Source of the DNA: Pristiophorus japonicus | Lineage: Eukaryota | Assembly: GCF_044704955.1 (NCBI RefSeq) | Contig: NC_091987.1 | Coordinates: forward strand, 205,778,001 to 205,842,000 | Length of the DNA stretch: 64,000 nucleotides | Direction: 5' to 3' | Part shown: one piece after another, positions 38,070 through 50,456 of the stretch | How positions within the stretch are numbered: the stretch's first letter is position 1 | Layout: each line of letters opens with the position of its first letter | The notes under the pieces: model-generated | Databases searched by the model: none | What the model saw: only the letters and a program-made list of their open reading frames with translations | What the model was told of the DNA's origin: nothing | Translations under genes and position numbers: made by a program

Positions 38070-38746
38070 AATAACAGAGTCATGTGATGTTGAGATGGAC
38101 AAACTAGCTTAGACATGAGGTCAGGAGAGATGCTAAAAATACAGATTATGGGGGAAAGTTCTTGGCCGACACAGCGCATTCCTACATGCTGTGCACTGTG
38201 ATTAAAACCTGATGATGCACAACTTCTGCTGTGTCTGTCCAGAATAATGCTTGGATATTTAATTTTCAGGCATCAGAGTTGCAGTTTCTCATTTACTCAG
38301 ACCTTGTCATTTCTAACTTTTTAACCAATCAGTTTTAATTTTAGTGTAAGTGCTTTCATTTTTCTCCCTGGGCAACACATTAACCACAGCTGAGAGGGTG
38401 GGTTAGTAGCCTGTTCCCAGATCTCTGTCAGTGCCACTTGGAATCAGTTGTTAGGAGACATGCAAGAGCAGACTAAAGATTCTTCCTTCGCCTCCTCCCA
38501 ATCTTGGGATTCCAGTGACTAAATAAGAGACTCGGGTTCCATTGTCCAAGTTTGTCATAGAATCATAGAATAGTACAGCACAGGAGGCTATTCAACCCAT
38601 CGAGTCTGCACCGGCTCTTTCGAAGAGCAATCCAGTCAGTCCCACTCCCCCGCTCTTTCCCCGTATCCCTGCAATTTTCAAGTATTTATCCAATTCCCCT
38701 TTTTGAAAGTTATTATTGAATCTGCTTCCACCATCCTTGCAGATAC

Positions 38747-38994
38747 TGTCATGTATCTTACATTATTATATATAACTGTATCCTAACATGCTATACATGA
38801 CTGTAATAAGATATGACCTGTAACCACCAGCATACCTTGCCACCAGGGGTGCACTTGCAAGAGACAGATATATAAGGACAGGTCTCAGGCAAATGCAGCG
38901 TTCCAGAGCTGTGAAATAAAGGTACAGGTCCAGAGTGACCTTGACTTCACTACATGCCTCGTGTGAATCTGTACTGAGGGGACAGGACTTTACA
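38747..38994 (+). mobile_element. Solo LTR (248 bp)
   Basis: TGTCA...TTACA termini, exact 5-bp TSD GATAC (38742-38746 and 38995-38999), internal TATATAA and AATAAA. Confidence 0.88.
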
Positions 38995-40109
38995 GATACC
39001 AAATAAAAATAAATTAGATAAATACTTGAAGGAGAAAAAATGAAGGCGACAATTGAATCTGTATCCACCATCCTATCCACTCGTTATGTAAAAAAGGTTT
39101 TTCCTCACATCACCTCTGGTTCTTTTGCCAATCAATGATGTCTTGTTTTACAGCTCTGTAACACACTCCCTGCAAACTATTAAAGAAGCATACTGCCCAT
39201 TCTGACTCTATTAATAAATGTCTTCTTTCTTTAGATTGCTGTGTGCATTATTTCCCTGCTATAAAATGAGTAGGTGGGCTGTTCTGAGACACTAGTAGTA
39301 TTTAGTTTACAGCTACGAAAAGGCATGTTATGGGGCTCCAGGGTAACTCTGCAACAGTCTTCTCTCACTACCTGTTTTCGGGTTTGAAATAGGCGACATG
39401 CAGGGAGAGCACGCCAGTAGGCAGAGGCTCAAGGCTCATCCAAAATTGATCCTCACCTGCAGATACCAAACGGGCATCCAGAGGCAACTCGCCAGTTCCA
39501 CAAGCGCAACATTGGGTCAGGTAGGTCCTGGGACACGGGGGGGGGAGGCAATTGGGAGAGAATGATTGGGGCGACCAGGAAGGGGGGAAGGCGATTGGGA
39601 GGGGGCTGAGCGGGTGCCGGAAACAGTCTTCGGGTCTGTGTAAAGCAGGGAGGGGCTCCACATTCCACTAAATATTTTTTTTTAAATGTATCTGAAGGCA
39701 GCCTCCAGTGGACCCTTTAAGGAGACCTGGTTCCAGTTATGTTCAGGGAAACTCAATTTCGGGAAGGGGCCTTAAACAGGCTTAGACACCCCCCCCCCTC
39801 CCTTATTTGCATATGCATAGGGCCTAACACCTGTTTCAGGTGAGGGCCCTGGATGCCCATACTGGATCCTTTATCAATATGGTGGGCAGTGCAATTCTGG
39901 CAGGGAATGTGCGCATGTACACTGCCCACCATATTGGATGCTTATGCACCCATTTTATGCCTGGACACAACATCAACAAATTCTAGGCCCCCATTTTCAC
40001 TCTACCTCTAATGTTGGGAGTTCCAAGTGTGGGGATGTTTGGGCAGGTTTTAAAGTCAGAATGGTCTGAATGGGACTTACTGTGCCCTCTGAACTACCTG
40101 TGTAAGTCT

Positions 40110-43100
40110 GTGGAGGACATTCTAAAAAGGGAGGGAGAACAGCCAGTTGTCGTGGTGCACGTTGGTACCAATGACATAGGTAAAAAAAGGGATGAGTTCC
40201 TACGAAATGAATTTAAGGAGCTAGGAGCTAAATTAAAAAGTAGGACCTCAAAAGTAGTAATCTCGGGATTGCTACCAGTGCCACGTGCTAGTCAGAGTAG
40301 GAATCGCAGGATAGCTCAGATGAATACGTGGCTTGAGCAATGGTGCAGCAGGGAGGGATTCAAATTCCTGGGGCATTGGAACCGGTTCTGGGGGAGGTGG
40401 GACCAGTACAATCCGGACGGTCTGCACCTGGGCAGAATCGGAACCAATGTCCTCGGGGGAGTGTTTGCTAGTGCTGTTGGGGAGGAGTTAAACTAATATG
40501 GCAGGGGGATGGGAACCAATGCAGGGAGATAGAGGGAAACAAAAAGGAGGCAAAAACAAAAGACAGAAAGGAGATGAGGAAAAGTGGAGGGCAGAGAAAC
40601 CCAAGGCAAAGAACAAAAAGGGCCATTGTACAGCAAAATTCTAAAAGGACAGAGGGTGTTAAAAAAACAAGCCTAAAGGCTTTGTGTCTTAATGCAAGGA
40701 GTATCCGCAATAAGGTGGATGAATTAACTGTGCAAATAGATGTTAACAAATATGATGTGATTGGGATTACGGAGACGTGGCTCCAGGATGAGCAAGGCTG
40801 GGAACTCAACATCCAGGGGTATTCAACATTCAGGAAGGATAGAATAAAAGGAAAAGGAGGTGGGGTAGCATTGCTGGTTAAGGAGGAGATTAAGGCAATA
40901 GTTAGGAAGGACATTAGCTTGGATGATATGGAATCTATATGGGTAGAGCTGCAGAACACCAAAGGGCAAAAAACGTTAGTGGGAGTTGTGTACAGACCTC
41001 CAAACAGTAGTAGTGATGTTGGGGAGGGCATCAAACAGGAAATTAGGGGTGCGTGCAATACAGGTGCAGCAGTTATAATGGGTGACTTTAATATGCACAT
41101 AGATTGGGCTAACCAAACTGGAAGCAATACGGTGGAGGAGGATTTTCTGGAGTGCATAAGGGATGGTTTTTTAGACCAATATGTCGAGGAACCAACTAGG
41201 GGGGAGGCCATCTTAGACTGGGTGTTATGTAATGAGAAAGGATTAATTAGCAATCTCGTTGTGCGAGGCCCCTTGGGGAAGAGTGACCATAATATGGTGG
41301 AATTCTGCATTAGGATGGAGAATGAAACAGTTAATTCAGAGACCATGGTCCAGAACTTAAAGAAGGCTAACTTTGAAGGTATGAGGCGTGAATTGGCTGA
41401 GATGGATTGGCGAATGATACTTAAGGGGTTGACTGTGGATGGGCAATGGCAGACATTTAGAGACCGCATGGATGAACTACAACAATTGTACATTCCTGTC
41501 TGGCATAGAAATAAAAAAGGGAAGGTGGCTCAACCGTGGCTATCAAGGGAAATCAGGGATAGTATTAAAGCCAAGGAAGTGGCATACAAATTGGCCAGAA
41601 ATAGCAGCGAACCTGGGGACTGGGAGAAATTTAGAACTCAGCAGAGGAGGACAAAGGGTTTGATTAGGGCAGGGAAAATGGAGTATGAGAAGAAGCTTGC
41701 AGGGAACATTAAGACGGATTGCAAAAGTTTCTATAGATATGTAAAGAGAAAAAGGTTAGTAAAGACAAATGTAGGTCCCCTGCAGTCAGAATCAGGGGAA
41801 GTCATAACGGGGAACAAAGAAATGGCGGACCAATTGAACAAGTACTTTGGTTCGGTATTCACGAAGGAGGACACGAACAACCTTCCGGTTATAAAAGGGG
41901 TCGGGGGGTCTAGTAAGGAGGAGGAACTGAGGGAAATCCTTATTAGCCGGGAAATTGTGTTGGGGAAATTGATGGGATTGAAGGCCGATAAATCCCCAGG
42001 GCCTGATGGACTGCATCCCAGAGTACTTAAGGAGGTGGCCTTGGAAATAGTGGATGCGTTGACAGTCATTTTCCAACATTCCATTGACTCTGGATCAGTT
42101 CCTATGGAGTGGAGGGTAGCCAATGTAACCCCACTTTTTAAAAAAGGAGGGAGAGAGAAAACAGGGAATTATAGACCGGTCAGCCTGACATCGGTAGTGG
42201 GTAAAATGATGGAATCAATTATTAAGGATGTCATAGCAGTGCATTTGGAAAGAGGTGACATGATAGGTCCAAGTCAGCATGGATTTGTGAAAGGGAAATC
42301 ATGCTTGACAAATCTTCTGGAATTTTTTGAGGATGTTTCTAGTAGAGTGGATAAGGGAGAACCAGTTGATGTGGTATATTTGGACTTTCAGAAGGCGTTC
42401 GACAAGGTCCCACACAAGAGATTGATGTGCAAAGTTAGAGCACATGGGATTGGGGGTAGTGTACTGACATGGATTGAGAACTGGTTGTCAGACAGGAAGC
42501 AAAGAGTAGGAGTAAATGGGTACTTTTCAGAATGGCAGGCAGTGACTAGTGGGGTACCGCAAGGTTCTGTGCTGGGGCCCCAGCTGTTTACGCTGTACAT
42601 TAATGATTTAGATGAGGGGATTAAATGTAGTATCTCCAAATTTGCGGATGACACTAAGTTGGGTGGCAGTGTGAGCTGCGAGGAGGATGCTGTGAGGCTG
42701 CAGAGCGACTTGGATAGGTTAGGTGAGTGGGCAAATGCATGGCAGATGAAGTATAATGTGGATAAATGTGAGGTTATCCACTTTGGTGGTAAAAACAGAG
42801 AGACAGACTATTATCTGAATGGTGACAGATTAGGAAAAGGGGAGGTGCAAAGAGACCTGGGTGTCATGGTACATCAGTCATTGAAGGTTGGCATGCAGGT
42901 GCAGCAGGCGGTTAAGAAAGCAAATGGCATGTTGGCCTTCATAGCAAGGGGATTTGAGTACAGGGGCAGGGAGGTGTTGCTACAGTTGTACAGGGCATTG
43001 GTGAGGCCACACCTGGAGTATTGTGTACAGTTTTGGTCTCCTAACCTGAGGAAGGACATTCTTGCTATTGAGGGAGTGCAGCGAAGGTTCACCAGACTGA

Positions 43101-43588
43101 TTCCCGGGATGGCGGGACTGACCTATCAAGAAAGACTGGATCAACTGGGCTTGTATTCACTGGAGTTCAGAAGAATGAGAGGGGACCTCATAGAAACATA
43201 TAAAATTCTGACGGGGTTAGACAGGTTAGATGCAGGAAGAATGTTCCCAATGTTGGGGAAGTCCAGAACCAGGGGTCACAGTCTAAGGATAAGGGGTAAG
43301 CCATTTAGGACCGAGATGCGGAGGAACTTCTTCACCCAGAGAGTGGTGAACCTGTGGAATTCTCTACCACAGAAAGTTGTTGAGGCCAATTCACTAAATA
43401 TATTCAAAAAGGAGTTAGATGAGGTCCTTACTGCTAGGGGGATCAAGGGGTATGGCGAGAAAGCAGGAATGGGGTACTGAAGTTGAATGTTCAGCCATGA
43501 ACTCATTGAATGGCGGTGCAGGCTAGAAGGGCCGAATGGCCTACTCCTGCACCTATTTTCTATGTTTCTATGTTTCTATGTTTCTATG
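40110..43588 (+). mobile_element. Young CR1/HER1-type LINE, 5'-truncated within ORF1, ORF2 intact
   Basis: ORF1 C-terminus with SGNH-esterase motifs (GTND, DGLH) ending at 40496, 968-aa APE+RT ORF2, 3'UTR and a (TTTCTATG)n tail. Confidence 0.97.
40574..43480 (+). CDS. CR1 ORF2: AP-endonuclease + reverse transcriptase
   Basis: ITETW, GDFN, SDH (endonuclease); [33 protein letters not shown] (RT). No stops. Confidence 0.95.
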   Translation: MRKSGGQRNPRQRTKRAIVQQNSKRTEGVKKTSLKALCLNARSIRNKVDELTVQIDVNKYDVIGITETWLQDEQGWELNIQGYSTFRKDRIKGKGGGVALLVKEEIKAIVRKDISLDDMESIWVELQNTKGQKTLVGVVYRPPNSSSDVGEGIKQEIRGACNTGAAVIMGDFNMHIDWANQTGSNTVEEDFLECIRDGFLDQYVEEPTRGEAILDWVLCNEKGLISNLVVRGPLGKSDHNMVEFCIRMENETVNSETMVQNLKKANFEGMRRELAEMDWRMILKGLTVDGQWQTFRDRMDELQQLYIPVWHRNKKGKVAQPWLSREIRDSIKAKEVAYKLARNSSEPGDWEKFRTQQRRTKGLIRAGKMEYEKKLAGNIKTDCKSFYRYVKRKRLVKTNVGPLQSESGEVITGNKEMADQLNKYFGSVFTKEDTNNLPVIKGVGGSSKEEELREILISREIVLGKLMGLKADKSPGPDGLHPRVLKEVALEIVDALTVIFQHSIDSGSVPMEWRVANVTPLFKKGGREKTGNYRPVSLTSVVGKMMESIIKDVIAVHLERGDMIGPSQHGFVKGKSCLTNLLEFFEDVSSRVDKGEPVDVVYLDFQKAFDKVPHKRLMCKVRAHGIGGSVLTWIENWLSDRKQRVGVNGYFSEWQAVTSGVPQGSVLGPQLFTLYINDLDEGIKCSISKFADDTKLGGSVSCEEDAVRLQSDLDRLGEWANAWQMKYNVDKCEVIHFGGKNRETDYYLNGDRLGKGEVQRDLGVMVHQSLKVGMQVQQAVKKANGMLAFIARGFEYRGREVLLQLYRALVRPHLEYCVQFWSPNLRKDILAIEGVQRRFTRLIPGMAGLTYQERLDQLGLYSLEFRRMRGDLIETYKILTGLDRLDAGRMFPMLGKSRTRGHSLRIRGKPFRTEMRRNFFTQRVVNLWNSLPQKVVEANSLNIFKKELDEVLTARGIKGYGEKAGMGY

Positions 43589-44279
43589 TAAATGAATATC
43601 ATAGCTTTATTTTAACAGTAAGTTTCAGTGAAATTGTCCTTTAAATTAAACCCCCTGTAAGGTTTTATAATCTGCAGTTTATCCAAGAGTTTTATTTTTA
43701 AATATATAATCAAGCTTTTGTTATCTTGGCCCAGATACATTGCTTCTTTCTGGTACTTCAGCTGCTATCAAGGCTGTTTATCACCAGCTAGGGTCCAAAA
43801 ATATGACTGTAACAGCTGCAGGAGCTTTATAAGTGATACAGAATACTATTTTTTCCAGTAAGTTAGAGCTCATGTAGTATTTAGCTTTTCGCACACTTCA
43901 AATGAGTATTTTAATAATGTCAGTTTTATCCAACTGTTTTTGCATGACAAGAAATGAAGAGTCCTTATATGAATCCTCTTGTCTGCTCTCTCCACTGATG
44001 CTGCCTTACCTACTGAGTGCTTCCACCATTTTTGGTTGATGTTTCAGATTTCCAGCATCCCCAGTGTTTTACTTTTCGTGAATAGTCCAATATGTTGGTG
44101 TGCCAAGATGGAGTGTGATAGAGTGACAGTACACAGGCTCAAGTTGGCATTTTCAGAACTTATCTGGTCTACCGAGCAATGAGGGGCACCGAGTGACAGC
44201 TAGATGATGACCCCAGGGGGAGGGAGTGAACATCAAAGAGCAAAACATGTCAGGCTGGGCTCAGGCACCTCTTGGCAGC

Positions 44280-44625
44280 TAGTTTGTCCACTAGGCTCAC
44301 AACTGCATACCTTATTGTGGATGACCTCGAACCAACTGACTGGGGTTTTATTGAGTCTTGTGAACATCACGTGACCGGCTAAGCCACTCACATTGCAACA
44401 GCTCTACAACTATTTTGAGTAGAACTTTAAATCAAGTGCCCCCTGGCTAAAAGGGGGGCGGGGGGGGGGGGGGGGGCGACACTAAAACCAGCACAATAAC
44501 CAAATTAAACTTTAGACATTTCAAATCAAATTAAAATTTGGTTGCACTCCAGTCCCTCCGGTGCCCACCTCTCACAGAAGGCCGCGAGCGTACCGGTGAG
44601 CATGCTCACAGGTGCATACATTACA
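44280..44625 (-). mobile_element. LTR-like repeat interrupted by a Tx1-like 3' fragment (44409-44595)
   Basis: Minus strand starts TGTAATGTATGCACCTGTGAGCATGCTCAC, then the Tx1-like fragment, then TGTAGAGCTG...CACGTG...AATAAAA. Confidence 0.6.
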
Positions 44626-45429
44626 ATTATGTCCAAATGTTTTGAGAGCATCATCATACTTCAGACATCACACTTCAAAGTGTCAAAGGTATATTAAAAA
44701 AAAGTAAATTTCATGCTATTATTTCATACCTGATGCTGAAAATTTACATTCCAATCTGCAACCTTCCTTTACAAAATACCAATTAAACTCTGACCTCAGG
44801 ATGTGTTTACTTACAGCAATTAGATTGTGTAGACCTAATGGGAAAGGGCATCTTAAACACAGCTTCAACATAATATTGAATCATAGAAATATATGGCATA
44901 GAAATAATATGCTTCAGTAATTTTCTCAACATGCACCATCCCAATCTCCTATTCCATCCCCAAACCCTTTAAACCTTTTTTTTAAGTAACTATCTCATTT
45001 GATTTTAAAGGTCCTTGTGGAATCTGCTTCAACATGATACTCCTGTTATTATAAATCAGTGTATCATCTGATTCACCATGAATATTACCACAGGAAACGT
45101 AATAGGGTAAAAATTAACATGGATCAATATTGTAGTTAGGAAAACTGTAAGCCAAAGTCATTGAAAAGCCTTGCCTTGGAGTATATTCCTTTAAGAAATA
45201 TCTTCTATGCGAAACTAGAATCCAGATCTACTGAGGAGAATACTTATGAAGCTCATCCAGGAAATAAGAAATTAGGGGCAGCAGTGAACACAAGGCCAGT
45301 TATATCTGGTGGTAACCAAAAACAAACGTAGGCAATCAGGCAGTCACCCGGTAGTATCACTCCCTTTTTCAATGAGCTTGCCCTTATCTCTGACCACTGA
45401 CAGTAGGTCACTTCGATGTATCAGGAAAT

Positions 45430-45985
45430 CAGAACATAAGAACAATAGAAATAGGAGCAGGAGTAGGCCATACATAGAATCATAGAAATTTACAGCACTG
45501 AAGGAGGCCATTCGGCCCATCATGTCCATGCCAGCCCCTCGAGCCTGCTCCATCATTCAATAAGATCATGGCTGATCTTCGATCTCAACTCCACTTTCCT
45601 GCACTAACCCTATGTCCCTTGATTCCCTTAATATTCAAAAATCTATCAATCTCCGTCTTGAATATAATGACTGAGCATCCACAGCCCTCTGGAGTAGAGA
45701 AATCCAAAGATTCACAACTCTTTTAGTGAAGAAATTCCTCCTCATCTCAGTCCTAAATGACGACCCCGTATCCTGATACTGTGATCCCTAGTTCTAGACT
45801 CCCCAGCCAGGGGAAACATCCTCCTAGCATCTACCCTGTCAAGCCCTGTAAGAATGTTATATGTTTCAATGAGATCATCTCTAATTCTTCTAAATTCTAG
45901 GGAATATAGGCCTAGTCTCCTCAATCTCTCCTCATAGGACAATCCCCCCCAGGAATCAGTCTGGTGAAACTTCATTGCACTCCAT
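45430..45985 (-). mobile_element. CR1 3' fragment containing a second short CR1 tail
   Basis: GLYSLEFRRIRDDLIETY motif, with two tail repeats at 45430 and 45473. Confidence 0.85.
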
Positions 45986-47064
45986 CGAAGCCTAGTAGTC
46001 ATCCATTTTAACAGTACTACCAGATGAAATTACTTTACTTCAGTTAGCACTGTACCATTTTCCCCAAACACTAATGGTAAAAGAAAGCCCAATATTATAT
46101 TCTAATTTACTTTTCAGTCCAGGAAGTCCATCGATTTTTCTATTTCGTTTGGATATCTTACTTTTAGTTTTTTTTTAGTAGATTAGCTTTGTAGATCTTA
46201 CGTGAAAGAGCAAGTGAATACATTTTCAGTATGAAAGTTGAGCCAAATGAAGGTTAATATTACATGTGAATGTTAAGACCTTTGCAGGTGTGATTAACAT
46301 GATTCTGTGTTTTTATGAAACCGGGGCTTCGAGAAAAGAAGCAATCCACTTGTATCCATGTTTTATAATGAATATTATTTTGTAAATTTCAGTTTTATCT
46401 TACATTTTTTCCTCTTAGTTTTAAATGAAAGAAAAAGTTCAAATTCTCAACTAGAACTATTTTAATTACCTTTTTGAAGAGAAGTATTTATCTTCTTCAG
46501 TTTCTGTATAAATTCAATTCAAAGTTTTATGTAAAGACATCAGTATAATTTAGTCCATCGAAGTCCCATAACGTTGTTCCTCCAAAGTAAATTTGGACAC
46601 GATTGTAATAATTGTAGTTTATTCACATCACTGAAAAAAAAACATTCTGCAGTTCTATATATTCTATTTTAAACAGTACATATATGTTCTAAACCTTACA
46701 GAAACGAAAGTATTTTCTGGATTTTATACAGTGCGGAAATGGTGTGCAGTTCAAAAGCTACAAATGAAGTTCAGAATGAAAGGGTGGAAACAAATTTTAA
46801 TTACCAACACTGGACCTTATCAGGATCAGTATCAATGAGTGAAATGTTTACAATGCCTTGTTAAAAATGATTATAAAAACTAGGCACACAACTACAAAAG
46901 ATGATGGGATTCATTCCAGTGACTGAATATCAGGTGCTGCATATAACGGGTGGCCGAACTGGCATTGCCCGTGTGGCTCCACTGCCCGAGACGAATTTCT
47001 ACCTCGATATCTTCCTCGGTGACCCTATTTACACAAAAGTTGCTTTTCATCAACACATTTACTG

Positions 47065-47650
47065 TACAAAAGCAAGGAAATTATGCTGAATCTTTATAAA
47101 ACACTGGTTCGGCTCCAACTGGAGTATTGTATCCAATTCTGGGCACCGCACTTTAGGAAGGACGTGAAGGCCTTAGAGAGGGTGCAGAAAAGATTTACGA
47201 GATTGAGGGATGAGGGACTTCAGTTGCGTGGATAGACTGGAGAAGCTGGGGTTGTTCTCCTTAGTGCAAAGAAGATTGAGAGGAGATTTGATAGAAGTGT
47301 TCAAAATCATGATGGGTCTGGACAGAGTACATAGAGAGAAACTGTTCCCATTGGCAGAAGGGTCGAGAATCAGAGGACACAGATTTAAGGTGATTGGCAG
47401 AAGAATCAAAGATGACATGAGGAAAAACTTTTTTACACAGCGAGTGGTTGCACTGCCTGAAAGGGTGGTGGAGGCAGACTCAGTCGTGGTTTTCTAAAGG
47501 GAATTGGATAAGTACCTGAAGGAAAAGAAATTGCAGGGTTACATGGAAAGGGCGGGGGAGCAGTACTGCTGAAGTGCTCTTGCAGAGAGCCGGCATGGGC
47601 TCGACAGGCCGAATGACCTCCTTCTGCACTGTAACCATTCTATAATTCAA
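47065..47650 (+). mobile_element. CR1 3' fragment
   Basis: RLRGDLIEVFKIM...FFTQRVV. Confidence 0.85.
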
Positions 47651-48249
47651 TGATGTTTTAATACCTGGTTCAGTGGACTGTTCAATGCAATGGCAGATGG
47701 CAGTTAACTCTCTATTAGGAGTTTGACTTGTTCTGAGTATTTGTGTTCGCACTTGTCTTACATTAGTGTTAGTGGAATGTGTTTAATTGACTTTCACCCA
47801 CATTTCTAAAATTGGCATGTTAAAACACTTAACCCGTGTTAGACGTGTTGTTACCTCATTAGGGAGTACTTAAAGCATTTCTCCATAACTTCCAAAACAT
47901 TGACTTTTTAACAGGTAAGTACATGAAAGTGGACAAAATCAGCTTCTAGGGCAGGGGAAGCTGAGGCAACTAGTTAGAATGGCAGCGTGCAAAAGACCCT
48001 AGCCTATCCTCTACAAAATGCACCACATGCTACAAACATCCCTACGAGGGTGCCCTAGGGCATATATTTCCATTGATGTCAAGGCCATCAGTTATTTTTC
48101 TGTGATAGATTATATCTGCATTTGAGAAAGCAGAGCTGAAGAACAGTAGCAGAAATTCTCAATAGTAGTACAATTGAGAAGGACTCATAATGAAATAGGG
48201 CTACAGCATTGTAAGTGCTGATTCTCTGAGTACACTCCCTTCAAGCATT

Positions 48250-48800
48250 AGAACTTAAGAATTAGTAGCAGGAGTAGGCCATATGACTCTTCGAGACTGC
48301 TCCGCCATTCAATAAGATCATGGCTGATCTTCGACCTCAATTCCACTTTCCCGCCTGACCCCCATATCCCTTGATTCCCCTAGAGTCCAAAAATCTCTCT
48401 ATCTTAACCTTGAATATACTCAATGACTCAGCATCCACAGCCCTTTGGGGTAGAGAATTCCAAAGATTCACAATCTTCTGAGTGAAGAAATTCCTCCTCA
48501 TCTCAGTCTTAAATGGCTGACCCTTTATCCTGAGATTGTGACCCCTTGTTCTAGACTCCCCATCCAGGAAAAACAACCTCACAGCATCTACCCTGTCAAC
48601 CCCCTCAGAATCTTATATGTTTCAATGCGATCACCTCTCATTCTTCTAAACTCCAGAGAGTATAGGCCCAATCTACTCAATCTCTCCTCATAGGACAACC
48701 CTCTCATCCCAGGAATCAATCTAGTGAACCTTTGTTGCACCGCCTCTAAGGCATGTAGGTGCTTTCTCAGGTAAGGAGACCAAAACTGTGCATGGTGCTC
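48250..48800 (-). mobile_element. CR1 3' fragment
   Basis: QFWSPYLRK...GIKGYG. Confidence 0.85.
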
Positions 48801-49156
48801 CACTGGGGAGCACCACGTTTGGGGACTTTAGACTATAGGGACAACTACTCAACATGAGCTCAGACTGCATCCCCTAAAAATGACAGGCAGTGCATTGGAA
48901 ATAAAAGCCTCACTTGACAGCCAAATACAGGCACTTTCAGGAGGATTCCTGGTGTGCAATTAGGAGCAGGAAAAGAATAGGTTAACGTTTTAGTCAGAGA
49001 CCATTGGTCAAAACCACTGAAGGATCGCTACTGGAAATGTTAATCTGTGTTTTCTGTTTTCAGTTGCTTGTGGACTTGCTGTGTATTTTCTGCTTTTATT
49101 TTAGATTTCCAACATTTGTAGTTTTAGCTTTTAAATATTTTATTGCATTGTAACAG

Positions 49157-49530
49157 TGTCACCCAGTGGCTCAGTGGGTAGCACCTTCGCCTCTGAGTCA
49201 GAGACTCGAGCACAAAAATCTAGGCTGAGGGAGTGCTGCATTGTCGGAGGTGGCTGTCTTTAAGATGAGACGTTAAACTGAGGCTCCGTTTGCTCTCTTC
49301 AAAGGAGAGTAGTGGCGTTATCCCTGGTATCCGGGAAATATTTATCCCTCAATCAACATCACTAAAAAACAGATTATCTGGTCATTATCACATAGCTGTT
49401 TGTGGGAGCTTGCTGTGTCTAAATTGGCTGCTGCGTTTTCTTCAAAAACAACTTAATTAGCTATAAAGTGCTTTGGGACATGTGGTGGGGTGGTTGTGAA
49501 AGGTGCTATATAACTGCAAATATTTATTTC
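49157..49530 (+). mobile_element. Deu-domain SINE
   Basis: tggctcagtgggtagc head and family body. Confidence 0.75.
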
Positions 49531-49992
49531 TAATCTCTGGCAAGTGTACCTGTATGGACAGCTTCAGGCTGAGCTATGAAAGCCCCATATTTGACTAGCC
49601 TATTGTGCGAAGAAAAACATGGGAAGGTAGCTGAGGACAGACACCCTGTGTAAATTTGCTCCAATATGTGTCACCTTCTTCCAGAGAGGAGAGGCAAAGG
49701 GAAAAAAAATTGGAGGCGGGAGTTAATCATTACACTAATCATTAGAGTTTATTTGTGACAGATATTAATAATTAGGGTTTCTCGCTTCATATATACAGCA
49801 GATATCAACATATTTCAAAATTAGTAATTTTTTTTAGGTTTAATGACAATTTAATATTAGTTGACAAAATGTCAGCTACTTGCAACCTAGCCATTGTAAT
49901 AATTCACCCTGTTTTGTAGAGTAGACGCAGATGTGTCCACAAAGAGCCTGATATCAATATCAATCATGTAAAGAGGAGCCTCTCTTCTTCCT

Positions 49993-50456
49993 TCAGGAAC
50001 TAGTCTTATCCTTCTGCTTCTCTGTATTTTTGTCTACCTCAGGCTCTGCAGCTATGGTTAGCGATTCAACATTGATTTTCACGTTGTTCACTTTGGGCTG
50101 GATCTCCCCTCCTTTTCTCTGTGCCTCGATGCACAGGATGCCATCATGGGACAGTGTCGTTCGCACCAGCAGAGGGTCCACATCCAGGGGCAGGATGTAG
50201 GTGCGTGTGAACTCTCGGGAGATAAAACCGTGGCTGTCCAATTTCTGAGGATGTCTTCCGGACACCTCCAGCAGGTTGTCCACTGTCCGAACTGAGATCT
50301 CGTCTGGCAGGAACTGGCAGACGTCCAGGAATGCCTGAAATTTATGATCCTTTGTTGCAATCTCTGAAAAGCCTCTGTCCAGTTGTTTATTGATCCTCGG
50401 TCGGATATAATAACCGTGGTACAATGTAGGAGCTAAAATATCTTCTGGTGACAAAC
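49993..50456 (-). CDS. HSPB2: HSPB2 (heat shock protein beta-2) exon 2, alpha-crystallin domain
   Basis: cctcag|GTTTGTCACC. Reads (G)LSPEDILAPTLYHGYYIRPR...KFQAFLDV...VRTVDNLLEVSGRHPQKLDSHGFISREF...LSHDGIL, diagnostic for HSPB2. AATAAA on the minus strand at 49753-49748. Confidence 0.97.

Noticed and set aside
40468-41493. 341-aa minus-strand ORF and similar antisense ORFs (27513, 33192, 42388)
   Set aside because: Antisense shadows of CR1 ORF2, repeated only because the LINE is repeated.
46470-46631. Possible minus-strand exon (ttttcag...aaaag|gtaatt) between HSPB2 and C11orf52
   Set aside because: Stops in all three frames. It could only be non-coding and cannot be supported without RNA data.
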